From assembly GCA_018713515.1 (NCBI GenBank), contig DVOO01000016.1:62659-126658 (forward strand): a DNA stretch of 64,000 nucleotides. The letters are read 5' to 3'. Shown piece by piece: positions 38,457-47,423 of the stretch. The notes under the pieces were generated by a model. That model worked only from the letters and a program-made list of their open reading frames with translations, was not told the DNA's origin and did not search any database. Every line of letters starts with the position of its first letter. Position 1 is the first letter of the stretch. Made by a program: the position numbers and the translations under genes. Source of the DNA: Candidatus Scatomonas pullistercoris (GTDB taxonomy: Bacteria > Bacillota > Clostridia > Lachnospirales > Lachnospiraceae).

Positions 38457-38504
38457 TGTCGTGAACTGTACAAATTTATTTTATTTCTTGTGCAGTTCAC
38501 GACA
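38457..38504 (-). promoter_or_regulatory. inverted repeat in the abiE promoter region (candidate AbiEi operator)
   Basis: TGTCGTGAACTGTACAA (38457-38473) and TTGTGCAGTTCACGACA (38488-38504) match at 16 of 17 positions as an inverted repeat. The spacer is 14 nt and AT-rich. The repeat lies 45-92 nt upstream of the abiEi ATG. Confidence 0.5.
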
Positions 38505-38588
38505 TCATTTTATATCTTTTTTCCAAAAACATCAAGTAGATTTTTCTTATTGCCCGTTCACCTGGCATAGGTCAGTATTTTTGCAATT

Positions 38589-38825
38589 TTATTTATTTCC
38601 CTGCCCGTAATAAGCGTTTTCCCCGTGTTTTCTGTAATAATGCTTATCCTGCAGGCACTGGGGCGCAGGATAAACATGGTGATTGATCCACTCGCAGCGG
38701 GCCGCCATTTTTGCGACCTCTTCCAGTACCGCTGCATTGTGAACGGCTTCCACGGCATCCTTTCCCCAGGCGAAAGGGCCGTGATTTTTACAGAGACAGC
38801 AGGGAACCGCCGCCGCATCCGCACC
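38589..38825 (-). pseudogene. araD: 3' fragment of L-ribulose-5-phosphate 4-epimerase (class II aldolase) gene
   Basis: The minus frame reads [78 protein letters not shown]. It aligns with the C-terminal ~80 aa of E. coli AraD (..[46 protein letters not shown]). There is no upstream coding continuation. Confidence 0.8.
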
Positions 38826-39821
38826 GCCAGAAGCTTCCGGGCCTGGGAGGGCGGCGGAGAGTACAATGTAATCCGTGGGCTGCGGAAATGCTTCGGGATG
38901 CGCACCGGTGTGATCACAGCATTTGCAGACAATGAAATAGGAAAATTAATGGAGGATTTCATTCTCCAGGGCGGCGTTGACACCTCCCTGATCCGATGGA
39001 TGAAAACGGATGGCATCGGCCGTATCTGCAGGAATGGACTGAATTTTACAGAGCGGGGCTTTGGGCTGCGCGGGGCCATTGGCTGTTCTGACCGCGCAAA
39101 TACAGCTATCTCGAAAGCGGCTCCTGAAGATTTTGATTTTGATTATATTTTCGGGGAACTGGGCGCGCGATGGTTTCATACCGGCGGGATTTACGCGGCT
39201 CTTTCTGAACGGGCCTGCGAGACTGTCATTGCTGCCATCAAAACCGCGAAAAAATACGGAACGGTCGTTTCCTATGATCTGAATTACCGTCCCTCCATGT
39301 GGAGTGCCATCGGCGGACAGGCAAAAGCGCAGGAAGTAAATAAGGAAATTGCCCGTTATGTGGATATTATGATCGGCAATGAGGAAGATTTTACGGCCTG
39401 CCTGGGATTTTCTGTGGAAGGAAATGACGCAGATCTGAAAACGCTCAATCTGGAAGGATATAAAAAGATGATAAATGAAGCTGCCAAAGTATATCCCAAT
39501 TTCAAGGTAGTGGCCACCACGCTTCGAACCGTCAAAACGGCCAGCATAAACGACTGGAGCGCACTCTGCTGGGCGGATGGCAAAATTTTCAAATCCGCAG
39601 ATTATAAAAACCTGGAAATTCTGGATCGGGTAGGCGGCGGAGATTCCTTTGCTTCCGGCCTGGTTTACGGCCTTATGACCACCGGAGACCCGGAAACCGC
39701 TGTCAACTTTGGAGCCGCCCACGGAGCTCTGGCCATGACAACCCCGGGAGATACTACCATGGCAGACCTGGAAGAAGTAAAAGCACTGATAAAGGGAGGC
39801 AGTGCGAGAGTGAAAAGATAA
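38814..39821 (+). pseudogene. PfkB-family sugar kinase (KdgK-like), 5'-truncated
   Basis: From RIRTARSFRAWEGGGEYNV.. to ..DRVGGGDSFASG..TPGD..GGSARVKR* the frame matches PfkB/ribokinase-like kinases. The roughly 20 N-terminal residues (first beta-strand) are missing. The upstream part of the 398-aa track ORF is antisense to the araD fragment. Confidence 0.7.
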
Positions 39822-39832
39822 GCACACTTTTT

Positions 39833-40327
39833 TTACTTTTGTTTCCGCCTGAATATCCACGCCGCACAGGTCCCAATCCCCGCCCCGGCGCAGTCAATGC
39901 CCACATCCCTCGGAGACGGCATCCGTCCTCCCACAAAGGACTGGTGCCACTCATCTCCGGCTGCAAAGGCCGCGCTGATCAGAAGCGTCATAAGGATCCG
40001 GCGGCGGCCCCGCAGGCCGCAGCCTCCCAGGGGAATATAAAGCGCGACAGCAAACAGAGCATACTCTGTCATGTGGGCTGCCTTGCGCACATAAATATTG
40101 TACTGCTCTGTTTTTTCCTGAATTTCCGGTTCTTCCCAATGGGCCCCTGTAATCTGATCCGCGGCCCGCACAAGGATTTCCGTCACCTGCATGCTCAGGG
40201 AAGAGGATTCTTCGCCGCTCTGGGAAGAAAAGCCGAATATAAAACACGCAAGGCAGACCGCCGGCAGAAACGTCAGCGGTCTGCGTATTTTTTTCCAGAA
40301 TCTCTGTATCCATACATTTCTTTTCAT
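39833..40327 (-). CDS. VanZ family protein
   Basis: It has the TM layout and the KAAHMTEYALFAVAL and DEWHQSFVGGR motifs of VanZ-like proteins. The start is uncertain: TTG 40363, ATG 40336 or ATG 40327. Confidence 0.72.
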   Translation of the reverse strand: MKRNVWIQRFWKKIRRPLTFLPAVCLACFIFGFSSQSGEESSSLSMQVTEILVRAADQITGAHWEEPEIQEKTEQYNIYVRKAAHMTEYALFAVALYIPLGGCGLRGRRRILMTLLISAAFAAGDEWHQSFVGGRMPSPRDVGIDCAGAGIGTCAAWIFRRKQK

Positions 40328-40473
40328 GCTCTCCATTGTATCTGTTTTTATCTTTTCACGCAAGTCCGGCTTCCGCGCAGTTCCCTATTCTTTTACAAAA
40401 CCGTCCTTTCAGATTTTACATTCCTTTGATAATGTAAAAAGAGCACTTATAAATGAGAAAGGATGGAGCGCAC

Positions 40474-43410
40474 ATGAAAAAGCAAATCTGGATTTCCGCG
40501 CTTGGGGCGGTTCTGGCCGTAACGGGGATTCTCCCGGCTGCCTCACCCGTGGATACTTATGCGGCAGATTCCGAAAACACCGTATTTATCAATGAAATTG
40601 AATCCGATGATCCGGACGGCGGTAACGACTGGGTGGAAATCATCAATGCCGGCAGCACGGCTGTGGATATCAGCGGCTGGTTCGTCACCGATGACAAAGG
40701 CCTGGAGCGGCTGACAGAAGATAAAACCTGGGGGATCGCAGAGGGTACGGTATTGGAGGCCGGCGCGGTTCTCGTATTAGAAGACAGCATAGATTTTGAC
40801 TTCGGCCTTGGAAAAGAGGATACCGTTTCTCTCTATGACGGCAGCAGCGCGCAGATGGACTCTTATACGTACGCCGGACATGCTGCCGGAACCTATTCCC
40901 GCGTTCCCGACGGAACCGGCAATTTCGTGGATCAGGCAGCTACCAGGGGAGCCTTAAATATTGTCACAGAGGAACCAGGTGATGAAGAGCCAGGCTCAGG
41001 GCTGGTTATTAATGAAATCAACTCTTCTCCCGATGACTGGGTGGAGATTATGAACACCGGAACAGAGGCGCTGGATATTTCCGGCTTTGAAATCCGTGAT
41101 AACTCCGATGACCACCGCTGGCAGTTCCCGGCGGGAACCGTCATACAGCCCGGCGCGCTTCTGCTGGTGGATGCCCAGAGCACGGGAAATGTCTATGATG
41201 ACCAGACAGGCACCTACGCGGCCGGCACCTTTGAGGCGGCCATCGGCATCGGCTCCGGCGACTCCATTCGTCTCTACGATGGAACCGGCAGTCTTCTGGA
41301 CGAATACTCCTGGACAGATCACGCCTCCTACAGCGGAGACGCCGCACTGGCTTCCTTCGGAAGATATCCGGACGGCACCGGCTCCTTCTGCCTGATGCCG
41401 GAAACACCCGGAACCGCGAATCAGTGGTATGCTCCGTCCGTAGTGATCAATGAAGTGGAATCCAACGGAGATGACACGGACTGGGTGGAAATTATGAATA
41501 CCGGATCTTCTGCCGTGGATATCTCCGGCTGGTATATGTACGACAATGATCCGGTGGGCCATGCTTCCGATGTGACGCCGGTGGCGGAGGGCACCATCCT
41601 GAATCCCAGAGAATATTATGTATTCGATGGAAACCGCGACTTCTCCTTCGGGCTGGGAGACGAGGATCAGGCAGCGGTCTACAACCGGGACGGCGTAATC
41701 GTTGCCTCCTACAGCTGGACCTCTCACGCGGAGGGCGTGTACGCCAGAATTCCGGACGGCACCGGTGAATTCACGGATTTTGCTGTCTCCACCAAGGGTT
41801 CCGCCAATATCGAAACCAATCCGGTGGTGCCAAATGAAATCCAGTCCAACGACCCGGACGGCGGCCCGGACTGGGTAGAGCTGGCCAATCCCACAGAAGA
41901 AGATCTGGATATCTCCGGTATCGTAATTAAGGATAACGATGATTCTCATGAATACGTTATTCCGGAGGGCACCGTAATTTCCGCCGGCGGCTTCCTGGTG
42001 ATTGACAATCTGAGCTTCGGGCTGGGGAGTGATGATTCCGTACGGCTCTATGAGGATGGACGTCTGATCGCCGCCGCTTCCTGGACCGGGCATACAGATC
42101 CCACCTGGGGCCTTTACCCGGATGTAAACGGCAGCGAGTACAGAAATACCCTGGAAGCGACCCCCGGAGAGGCCAACCGGTTTGCCGGAATTCCCGAGGT
42201 TATTCAGTGGCCGGGATCCGATGAAATCATTGTCTGTGACACGGTTTCCACCTTCCTGGAGGATTCCTCCGGTCTAGATTTCTTCAACGGCCAGCTGTAC
42301 GCGGTAGATAATGGAACCGCCACCTTCTGGATTCTGAATGTGGCAGCGGACGGAACGTTCAGCTTTGCAGACGGTTTTGAAAATGGAAAACGGATTCTTT
42401 TCCAGAAGGACGCGGACAATCCCTCCGCGGCCGGACCTGACGCGGAAGGCATCACGGTAGACGGCGACGGCTATGTCTACATAGCCTCCGAGCGGGATAA
42501 CAGCCAGAAGGGTGTCAACTACAATACCATCCTGATGGTGGATCCCCATGCGGAGGGAACAGATCTGGTTGCCCTGAAAGAGTGGGATCTGACTGCTTCC
42601 CTGCCTCAGGTTTCCGCCAACATGGGCATTGAGGCTGTGGAATGGGTTTCCGGCTCCACAGCGGCAGGAACCCTGTTTGACCAGAACACCGGAAAACCTT
42701 TTGATCCTGCTGATTATCCCGATGCAGCCGCGGACGGCGTATTCTTTGTAGCCCTGGAGGACAACGGCCACATATACGCCTATGTGCTGAATGAGGACGG
42801 AAGTGCCGTACAGATTGCCGATATCGATGCCATGCTTGGCGGGGCCATGGCTCTGGATTACGACACCTATGAAAATGTTCTCTGGGTAACGGCGGATGAC
42901 GGATACGGCAACCGCGCCGCAAAGATTACATTAAACGGCACCCAGGAGCCTTCCATTGTTCATGTGCTTCCCCCGGCGGGCCTGGATGTATCCGCAAATA
43001 ACGAGGGCTTTGCCATTGCGGACGCTTCCTGTACCGCAGACGGCCAGCGGCCTGTATACCGGTTCCGGGACGGCGTCACCGAAGGCGCGCTGACCATGGG
43101 ATTCCTGAACTGTGATGATACCTCCGGCACGGAAAATCCCGGCGAAGAGGACGAAGGCGGAGACAAACCGGGGAATACAGAAAATAACGAAAACGGCGGA
43201 GAAAACACTTCCCAGGACGGCAGCACAGGGACCGGAGAAAAACCGGGACAAACCGGAAATTCCGGGAACAAAAACAACACGGCCGGCAGCCTGCGTTCTC
43301 CCCAGACCGGAGACAGCAGCCGGACGCTTCTGTGGTCCGCGGCGGCAGTCATTTCTCTTGGATGCCTTACAGCCGCAGGAATCTTCAGAAGAAAATATTC
43401 CCGGAAGTAA
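40474..43410 (+). CDS. cell-wall-anchored surface protein with four lamin-tail domains, a beta-propeller-like domain and an SPQTG sorting signal
   Basis: It begins with the signal peptide MKKQIWISALGAVLAVTGILPAASPVDTYA. Four repeats of the type (V/L)xINE(I/V)xS..DWVE(I/L)xN.g..a(l/v)DISG follow. The C-terminus is SPQTG plus a hydrophobic helix and RRKYSRK. Confidence 0.85.
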   Translation: MKKQIWISALGAVLAVTGILPAASPVDTYAADSENTVFINEIESDDPDGGNDWVEIINAGSTAVDISGWFVTDDKGLERLTEDKTWGIAEGTVLEAGAVLVLEDSIDFDFGLGKEDTVSLYDGSSAQMDSYTYAGHAAGTYSRVPDGTGNFVDQAATRGALNIVTEEPGDEEPGSGLVINEINSSPDDWVEIMNTGTEALDISGFEIRDNSDDHRWQFPAGTVIQPGALLLVDAQSTGNVYDDQTGTYAAGTFEAAIGIGSGDSIRLYDGTGSLLDEYSWTDHASYSGDAALASFGRYPDGTGSFCLMPETPGTANQWYAPSVVINEVESNGDDTDWVEIMNTGSSAVDISGWYMYDNDPVGHASDVTPVAEGTILNPREYYVFDGNRDFSFGLGDEDQAAVYNRDGVIVASYSWTSHAEGVYARIPDGTGEFTDFAVSTKGSANIETNPVVPNEIQSNDPDGGPDWVELANPTEEDLDISGIVIKDNDDSHEYVIPEGTVISAGGFLVIDNLSFGLGSDDSVRLYEDGRLIAAASWTGHTDPTWGLYPDVNGSEYRNTLEATPGEANRFAGIPEVIQWPGSDEIIVCDTVSTFLEDSSGLDFFNGQLYAVDNGTATFWILNVAADGTFSFADGFENGKRILFQKDADNPSAAGPDAEGITVDGDGYVYIASERDNSQKGVNYNTILMVDPHAEGTDLVALKEWDLTASLPQVSANMGIEAVEWVSGSTAAGTLFDQNTGKPFDPADYPDAAADGVFFVALEDNGHIYAYVLNEDGSAVQIADIDAMLGGAMALDYDTYENVLWVTADDGYGNRAAKITLNGTQEPSIVHVLPPAGLDVSANNEGFAIADASCTADGQRPVYRFRDGVTEGALTMGFLNCDDTSGTENPGEEDEGGDKPGNTENNENGGENTSQDGSTGTGEKPGQTGNSGNKNNTAGSLRSPQTGDSSRTLLWSAAAVISLGCLTAAGIFRRKYSRK
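40582..42177 (+). repeat. four tandem protein-level lamin-tail-domain (LTD) repeats
   Basis: The approximate units are 40582-40956, 41002-41421, 41440-41808 and 41824-42177. Each has the INE..DWVE..DISG..(D/N)xxD, 'G.......g.......LYD' and 'SW..........R.PDGTG' landmarks. They are diverged at the nucleotide level. Confidence 0.75.
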
Positions 43411-43472
43411 AGGGCCGAAAAGGCCTGTTCCGGGCTGACCGGCCAGGCGCCTGGCAGCTCTTTAGTTTTCTG

Positions 43473-43517
43473 AAAAACAGGGACATGGGATGCAAAACTC
43501 CCATATCCCTGTTTTTT
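43473..43517. terminator. bidirectional terminator between the surface-protein gene and the SASP gene
   Basis: AAAAACAGGGACATGGGA pairs with TCCCATATCCCTGTTTTT (one mismatch) around an 8-nt loop. A/T runs flank it on both sides. Confidence 0.7.
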
Positions 43518-43734
43518 ATGCCTCCTCCCCGCATGTTTCTCTTGCTTCCCGGTTCAGCTCCCGCTTCCGCTTCGTCACCAGGCCCCCGATCCGGCCGGTC
43601 TCCTTGGCGGAAAGCTGCTTCCAGCCCTTATCCAGCACTTTATCCAACAGCCCCAGTTCTTCCGCGATCTCGTATTTCAGAGATTCCTCCGGGGTAAGCG
43701 CATGCAGATTGATCTTTTTTTCTTTTTTGCTCAT
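43516..43734 (-). CDS. alpha/beta-type small acid-soluble spore protein-like
   Basis: 72 aa: MSKKEKKINLHALTPEESLKYEIAEELGLLDKV..LSAKETGRIGGLVTKR. This matches the KxEIAxELG and GxxGG landmarks of alpha/beta SASPs. Confidence 0.75.
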   Translation of the reverse strand: MSKKEKKINLHALTPEESLKYEIAEELGLLDKVLDKGWKQLSAKETGRIGGLVTKRKRELNREARETCGEEA

Positions 43735-43814
43735 ACAGCAAGCCACACTCCTTTCCGACTGCTACTGTGTCTATCTGAAGTGTGGCCTGTTTTGCCGGGA
43801 TCTATTCACGGCAG

Positions 43815-46800
43815 TTATACCGGAATCTCCCTGCCCAGGGTCAGCGAGTAGATAATCTTCTCGCTGACCTTTTTTCCGCTGAGCCGCTCCAGGGCCCCGG
43901 CATAAAGCTCCAGCTGGCGGCCGTACTTTTTTGCCAGTTCCTGTCCGGAAAATATCCGGTCCGTCTTATAGTCCACAAGGACGAGGCTGCCGTTTTCCTC
44001 AAAATAGGCATCCATAATTCCCTGCACCAGAATCGTCTCCTCCTCCGGCCAGCCCTCCATGACTTCCGCGGCCGGGATTCCCACCACAAAGGGCTGCTCT
44101 CTCCGGAGGGTTCCCCGGCGGTCCGCCGCCCCCATCCGTTTTCCGATGGAAGATGCGGCAAACCGCTCCAGCTGGAAAAGCTTTACAGCTTCCGCCTCCC
44201 GGGGCGTCAGCTTTCTGCTTTGCACCATGGCTTTGATCTGCTGCTTCAGGCTTTCCTCTGTAACCTGCTCCTTCAGATCCATACATTCCAGGACCCGGTG
44301 ATAAATCGTTCCCCTGACCGCTCCGGCCGGGCCCTCCTGGTCTTCCTTCATAAACTCCGGAATATAGGGGACGATATCCGGTTCCGGATACAGCTCCTGC
44401 CCCAGCTCCTCCACGCCCTCCATTCCGGCCTTTTTCAGCTCCGAAACTGTCAGGGCCGCCGGAATTCCCTGCCGGTCTTCAAATCTATAATGGAAAGCGT
44501 CCCGTTTTTCCAGAAACTCCCGGATTGCGGGATCCTCCTCCGGCGCTGCCCTGCCGGTGCCAAGCTCCTCCTTCCAGATTTCCCGGGCCGCCCCACATCC
44601 CAGTTCCCGGACGGCCATGGCCTCCGGCGTCAGCATCTCCGTCCGGACGGGAACCGGCTCCTCCCCGGAGGGATCCGCATCCCGCAGGGCCGGCAGCACC
44701 CAGTCCCAGTAGCATTTGGCGCCGGACAGCGTCCGGTAGGTAAGTCTTCCCTCCGGGTCCCGGATCTGTTCCGCAATCTGGCTTTTTTTCTTTTCCAGAT
44801 CCTCCACCGTGCCGGTGAGGATCAGTTTTTCCTTTGCCCGGGTGAGGGCCACGTAAAGTACCCGCAGTTCTTCCCCCAGCATATCCCGGCGGATAGCCCG
44901 GCGGATCACCTGCTTCATGAGCGGCGTGCTGTGGGTTCTCTCCCGCGGCCGGATCCATTCCGGCCCAATCCCCAGAGAAGCGTGCAGCAGCACGGAGGCA
45001 TTGGCGTCCATTACGTTCATCCTTCCCCCCATGCCGCACACAAATACCACCGGAAACTCCAGCCCCTTGCTCTTGTGGATGGTCATGATCCGCACAGTGT
45101 CCGCCAGCTCTCCGTAGAGACTGACCTCCCCGAAATCCACCTGATATTTCTCCAGCTGCTCCATATAGCGGATAAACTGAAACAGACCGTGGTAACTGGT
45201 ATTTTCAAAATCCGCCGCCTTTTTCACCAGCATGTTCAGATTGGCCTGCCGCTGCTCTCCTCCCGGCATAGCTGCCGCGCAGGCTCCGTAACCGGTATCC
45301 TGCAGTACCTGCAGGATCACCTCGTGGACCGGCGTATAAGGCAGGATGTCCCGGATCTTCTGAAGGCCTTCCAGAAACTCTGCCAGCTTCTTCCGGAGGC
45401 CGGGATCCTCTCCCTGCTCCGCGTACAGGCCCGCCGCCTCATAGATAGGCTGTTCGGAATACCGGATTTTTATCTCTGCCAGCTCCTGTTCCGTCACATT
45501 TCCTATGGGAGAGTGAAGGGCCGCAGCAAAGGGAATCTCCTGTCTGGGGTTATCGCAGATGCGGAGATAATTCAGCACCGCGGCCACTTCCACGGTCTGG
45601 AAGTAACCGGACCGTGATGTGGCGTTGGCCGGGATCCCCTCCTCCGTCAGAACCCGCGCGAAGGTATCGGCCCAGCCCGCCGTCTGGCGCAGCAGGATCA
45701 CACAGTCCCGGTACCGCAGCTTCCGCGTCCCTCCGCTTTCCCGGTCTGTCACCTCCATTTGCCCCACCAGAGCGCGGATCTTCTGGGCTACTGAGAGAGC
45801 CTCCGCCTCCTGGAGAGCCGTCTTGCTGCTGTCCTCTTCAAATTCCGGCGATTTCTTATCCAGCAGGAGCAGTTCCGTCCCGCAGGACGCATTTTCCGGA
45901 TAAGCGGCCCCCGGATACAGGGCCGCGTCGCTGTCATAGTCCAGCCCTCCCAGATCCTTCACCATAATCCGCCGGAAAATATAATTAACCGTGTCCAGCA
46001 CCTGGGAACGGCTCCGGAAATTGCGGCCCAGATCGATGCGCTGCCGTCCGCTGTCCTCCCTGGAATAGGTTTCATATTTTTCCAGAAAGATCTCGGGCCT
46101 GGCCATACGGAATCCGTAAATCGCCTGCTTCATGTCGCCCACCATGAAACGGTTGCCTCCGCCGCCTTCTTCCCTGGATACGGCCTGCAGAAGATACTCC
46201 TGAATATAGTTGCTGTCCTGGTACTCATCCACCATGACTTCCTCAAACCCGGCGGCCAGCTCTCTGGCCGCATCGGTCCGGTGTACTCCCTCCTCATCCC
46301 GCGTAAGGAGAATATCCAGGGCAAAATGCTCCAGATCCGAAAAATCCATCAGATTCTTTCGGCGCTTCCGCTCCCCGTATTCCCGGAAATAGCGCCGGGT
46401 CAGACGGACCAGCTCCTCCACGAAGCCCCGGCAGCCGGCCAGCTCCTCCAGCACCTCCTCCGGGCTTCTGGAAAAATACTGCTCCCGGAGCTCCTTTAAG
46501 CCCTCTTTCAGACTGTCCCGGCGGTTTTTGACCCTCTCCCGGATCGCCGGATCGCCCTTCGGATTCTTCTTTCTGGACAGCGTCTGAAAGGACAGTTCAC
46601 GGAAAGCCTCATAAAGCTCCCCGTAGGTCTTCTTCCGGCCAAGGGCTTCCAGCAGCTCCCGGTCCGCTTCCAGCATGGGAAGATATTCTTCAGGGCCTCC
46701 CGGCGCCCGGGCCTCTTCCAGATTCCGCCGGGCTTCCGAGAGGGCATCCCGGATTCTCCTCACGGCGTCCTCTTCCAGAAAACGGATGAAGGGCGTTTGG

Positions 46801-47423
46801 TTAAGCTCCCCGGGACTCTCCGCCTGATACACCCTCTCACAGTCCGAAAGCCAGGCGTCCGGCCAGGGATAGCTCTCCGCAAATTCTGCCGTGCGCAGAA
46901 TCAGCTCCTCCAGGCGGCCGTCATTTTTCCCCGGCGCGCAGGCCTCCGAAAATTCCAGAAACGCCTGACTGCCGGCGGCATACTCTTCTTCCAGCAGATC
47001 CCGCAGAACCTCCCCCTTCAGAAGCTTCAGCTCGCCCTCATCGGCGATCCGGTAACCGGGATCCAGATTGATCCGGTGAAAATAGTTCTGAATCACATAG
47101 GTGCAGAAGCCATGGATGGTGCTGATGCGGGCATGGTGCAGCAGGGCTCCCTGGCGCTGGAGATGTTCATTGTCCGGATCCTCCAGGAGCCGCTCTTCCA
47201 GCGCCTGGCCGATCCTCTCCTTCATCTCGCCGGCGGCCGCCCTGGTGAAGGTCACCACCAGCAGCCGGTCAATGTCCACCGGATGCTCCGGATCTGTGAT
47301 CCGGGAAAGGATCCGCTCCACCAGCACGGCCGTTTTGCCGGAGCCGGCCGCCGCGCTTACGAGAATATTTCTGTCCCGGAGGCGGATCGCCTGTTCCTGT
47401 TCTCTTGTCCACTGTGGTGCCAT
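43815..47423 (-). CDS. addA: helicase-exonuclease AddAB, subunit AddA
   Basis: 1202 aa with a UvrD-like helicase N-terminus (AAAGSGKTAVLVERI) and a C-terminal RecB-type nuclease (GIMDAYF..LVDYKTD). Confidence 0.95.
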   Translation of the reverse strand: MAPQWTREQEQAIRLRDRNILVSAAAGSGKTAVLVERILSRITDPEHPVDIDRLLVVTFTRAAAGEMKERIGQALEERLLEDPDNEHLQRQGALLHHARISTIHGFCTYVIQNYFHRINLDPGYRIADEGELKLLKGEVLRDLLEEEYAAGSQAFLEFSEACAPGKNDGRLEELILRTAEFAESYPWPDAWLSDCERVYQAESPGELNQTPFIRFLEEDAVRRIRDALSEARRNLEEARAPGGPEEYLPMLEADRELLEALGRKKTYGELYEAFRELSFQTLSRKKNPKGDPAIRERVKNRRDSLKEGLKELREQYFSRSPEEVLEELAGCRGFVEELVRLTRRYFREYGERKRRKNLMDFSDLEHFALDILLTRDEEGVHRTDAARELAAGFEEVMVDEYQDSNYIQEYLLQAVSREEGGGGNRFMVGDMKQAIYGFRMARPEIFLEKYETYSREDSGRQRIDLGRNFRSRSQVLDTVNYIFRRIMVKDLGGLDYDSDAALYPGAAYPENASCGTELLLLDKKSPEFEEDSSKTALQEAEALSVAQKIRALVGQMEVTDRESGGTRKLRYRDCVILLRQTAGWADTFARVLTEEGIPANATSRSGYFQTVEVAAVLNYLRICDNPRQEIPFAAALHSPIGNVTEQELAEIKIRYSEQPIYEAAGLYAEQGEDPGLRKKLAEFLEGLQKIRDILPYTPVHEVILQVLQDTGYGACAAAMPGGEQRQANLNMLVKKAADFENTSYHGLFQFIRYMEQLEKYQVDFGEVSLYGELADTVRIMTIHKSKGLEFPVVFVCGMGGRMNVMDANASVLLHASLGIGPEWIRPRERTHSTPLMKQVIRRAIRRDMLGEELRVLYVALTRAKEKLILTGTVEDLEKKKSQIAEQIRDPEGRLTYRTLSGAKCYWDWVLPALRDADPSGEEPVPVRTEMLTPEAMAVRELGCGAAREIWKEELGTGRAAPEEDPAIREFLEKRDAFHYRFEDRQGIPAALTVSELKKAGMEGVEELGQELYPEPDIVPYIPEFMKEDQEGPAGAVRGTIYHRVLECMDLKEQVTEESLKQQIKAMVQSRKLTPREAEAVKLFQLERFAASSIGKRMGAADRRGTLRREQPFVVGIPAAEVMEGWPEEETILVQGIMDAYFEENGSLVLVDYKTDRIFSGQELAKKYGRQLELYAGALERLSGKKVSEKIIYSLTLGREIPV

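Larger units (their letters stand above)
37000..38588. other. AT-rich accessory islet carrying the abiE module
   Basis: By eye this stretch is clearly more AT-rich than the flanking DNA. It holds only the AbiEii/AbiEi pair plus non-coding flanks. I saw no integrase, tRNA or flanking direct repeat. Confidence 0.5.

Noticed and set aside
36950-38600. Direct repeats or att-like sites flanking the AbiE islet
   Set aside because: I found only trivial AT-rich 6-8-mers (TTCTTATT, CCCGTT) shared between the two flanks. Nothing is long enough to call.
38625-38813. N-terminal 63 codons of the 398-aa track ORF (MFSVIML..)
   Set aside because: This part is the antisense strand of the strongly conserved araD C-terminal fragment and has no kinase similarity. 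I treat the ORF as a chimera, and only 38814-39821 as kinase-derived.
38558-39079. 173-aa minus-strand ORF
   Set aside because: It is in the wrong frame for the araD fragment, is antisense to the kinase, and has no recognisable motifs.
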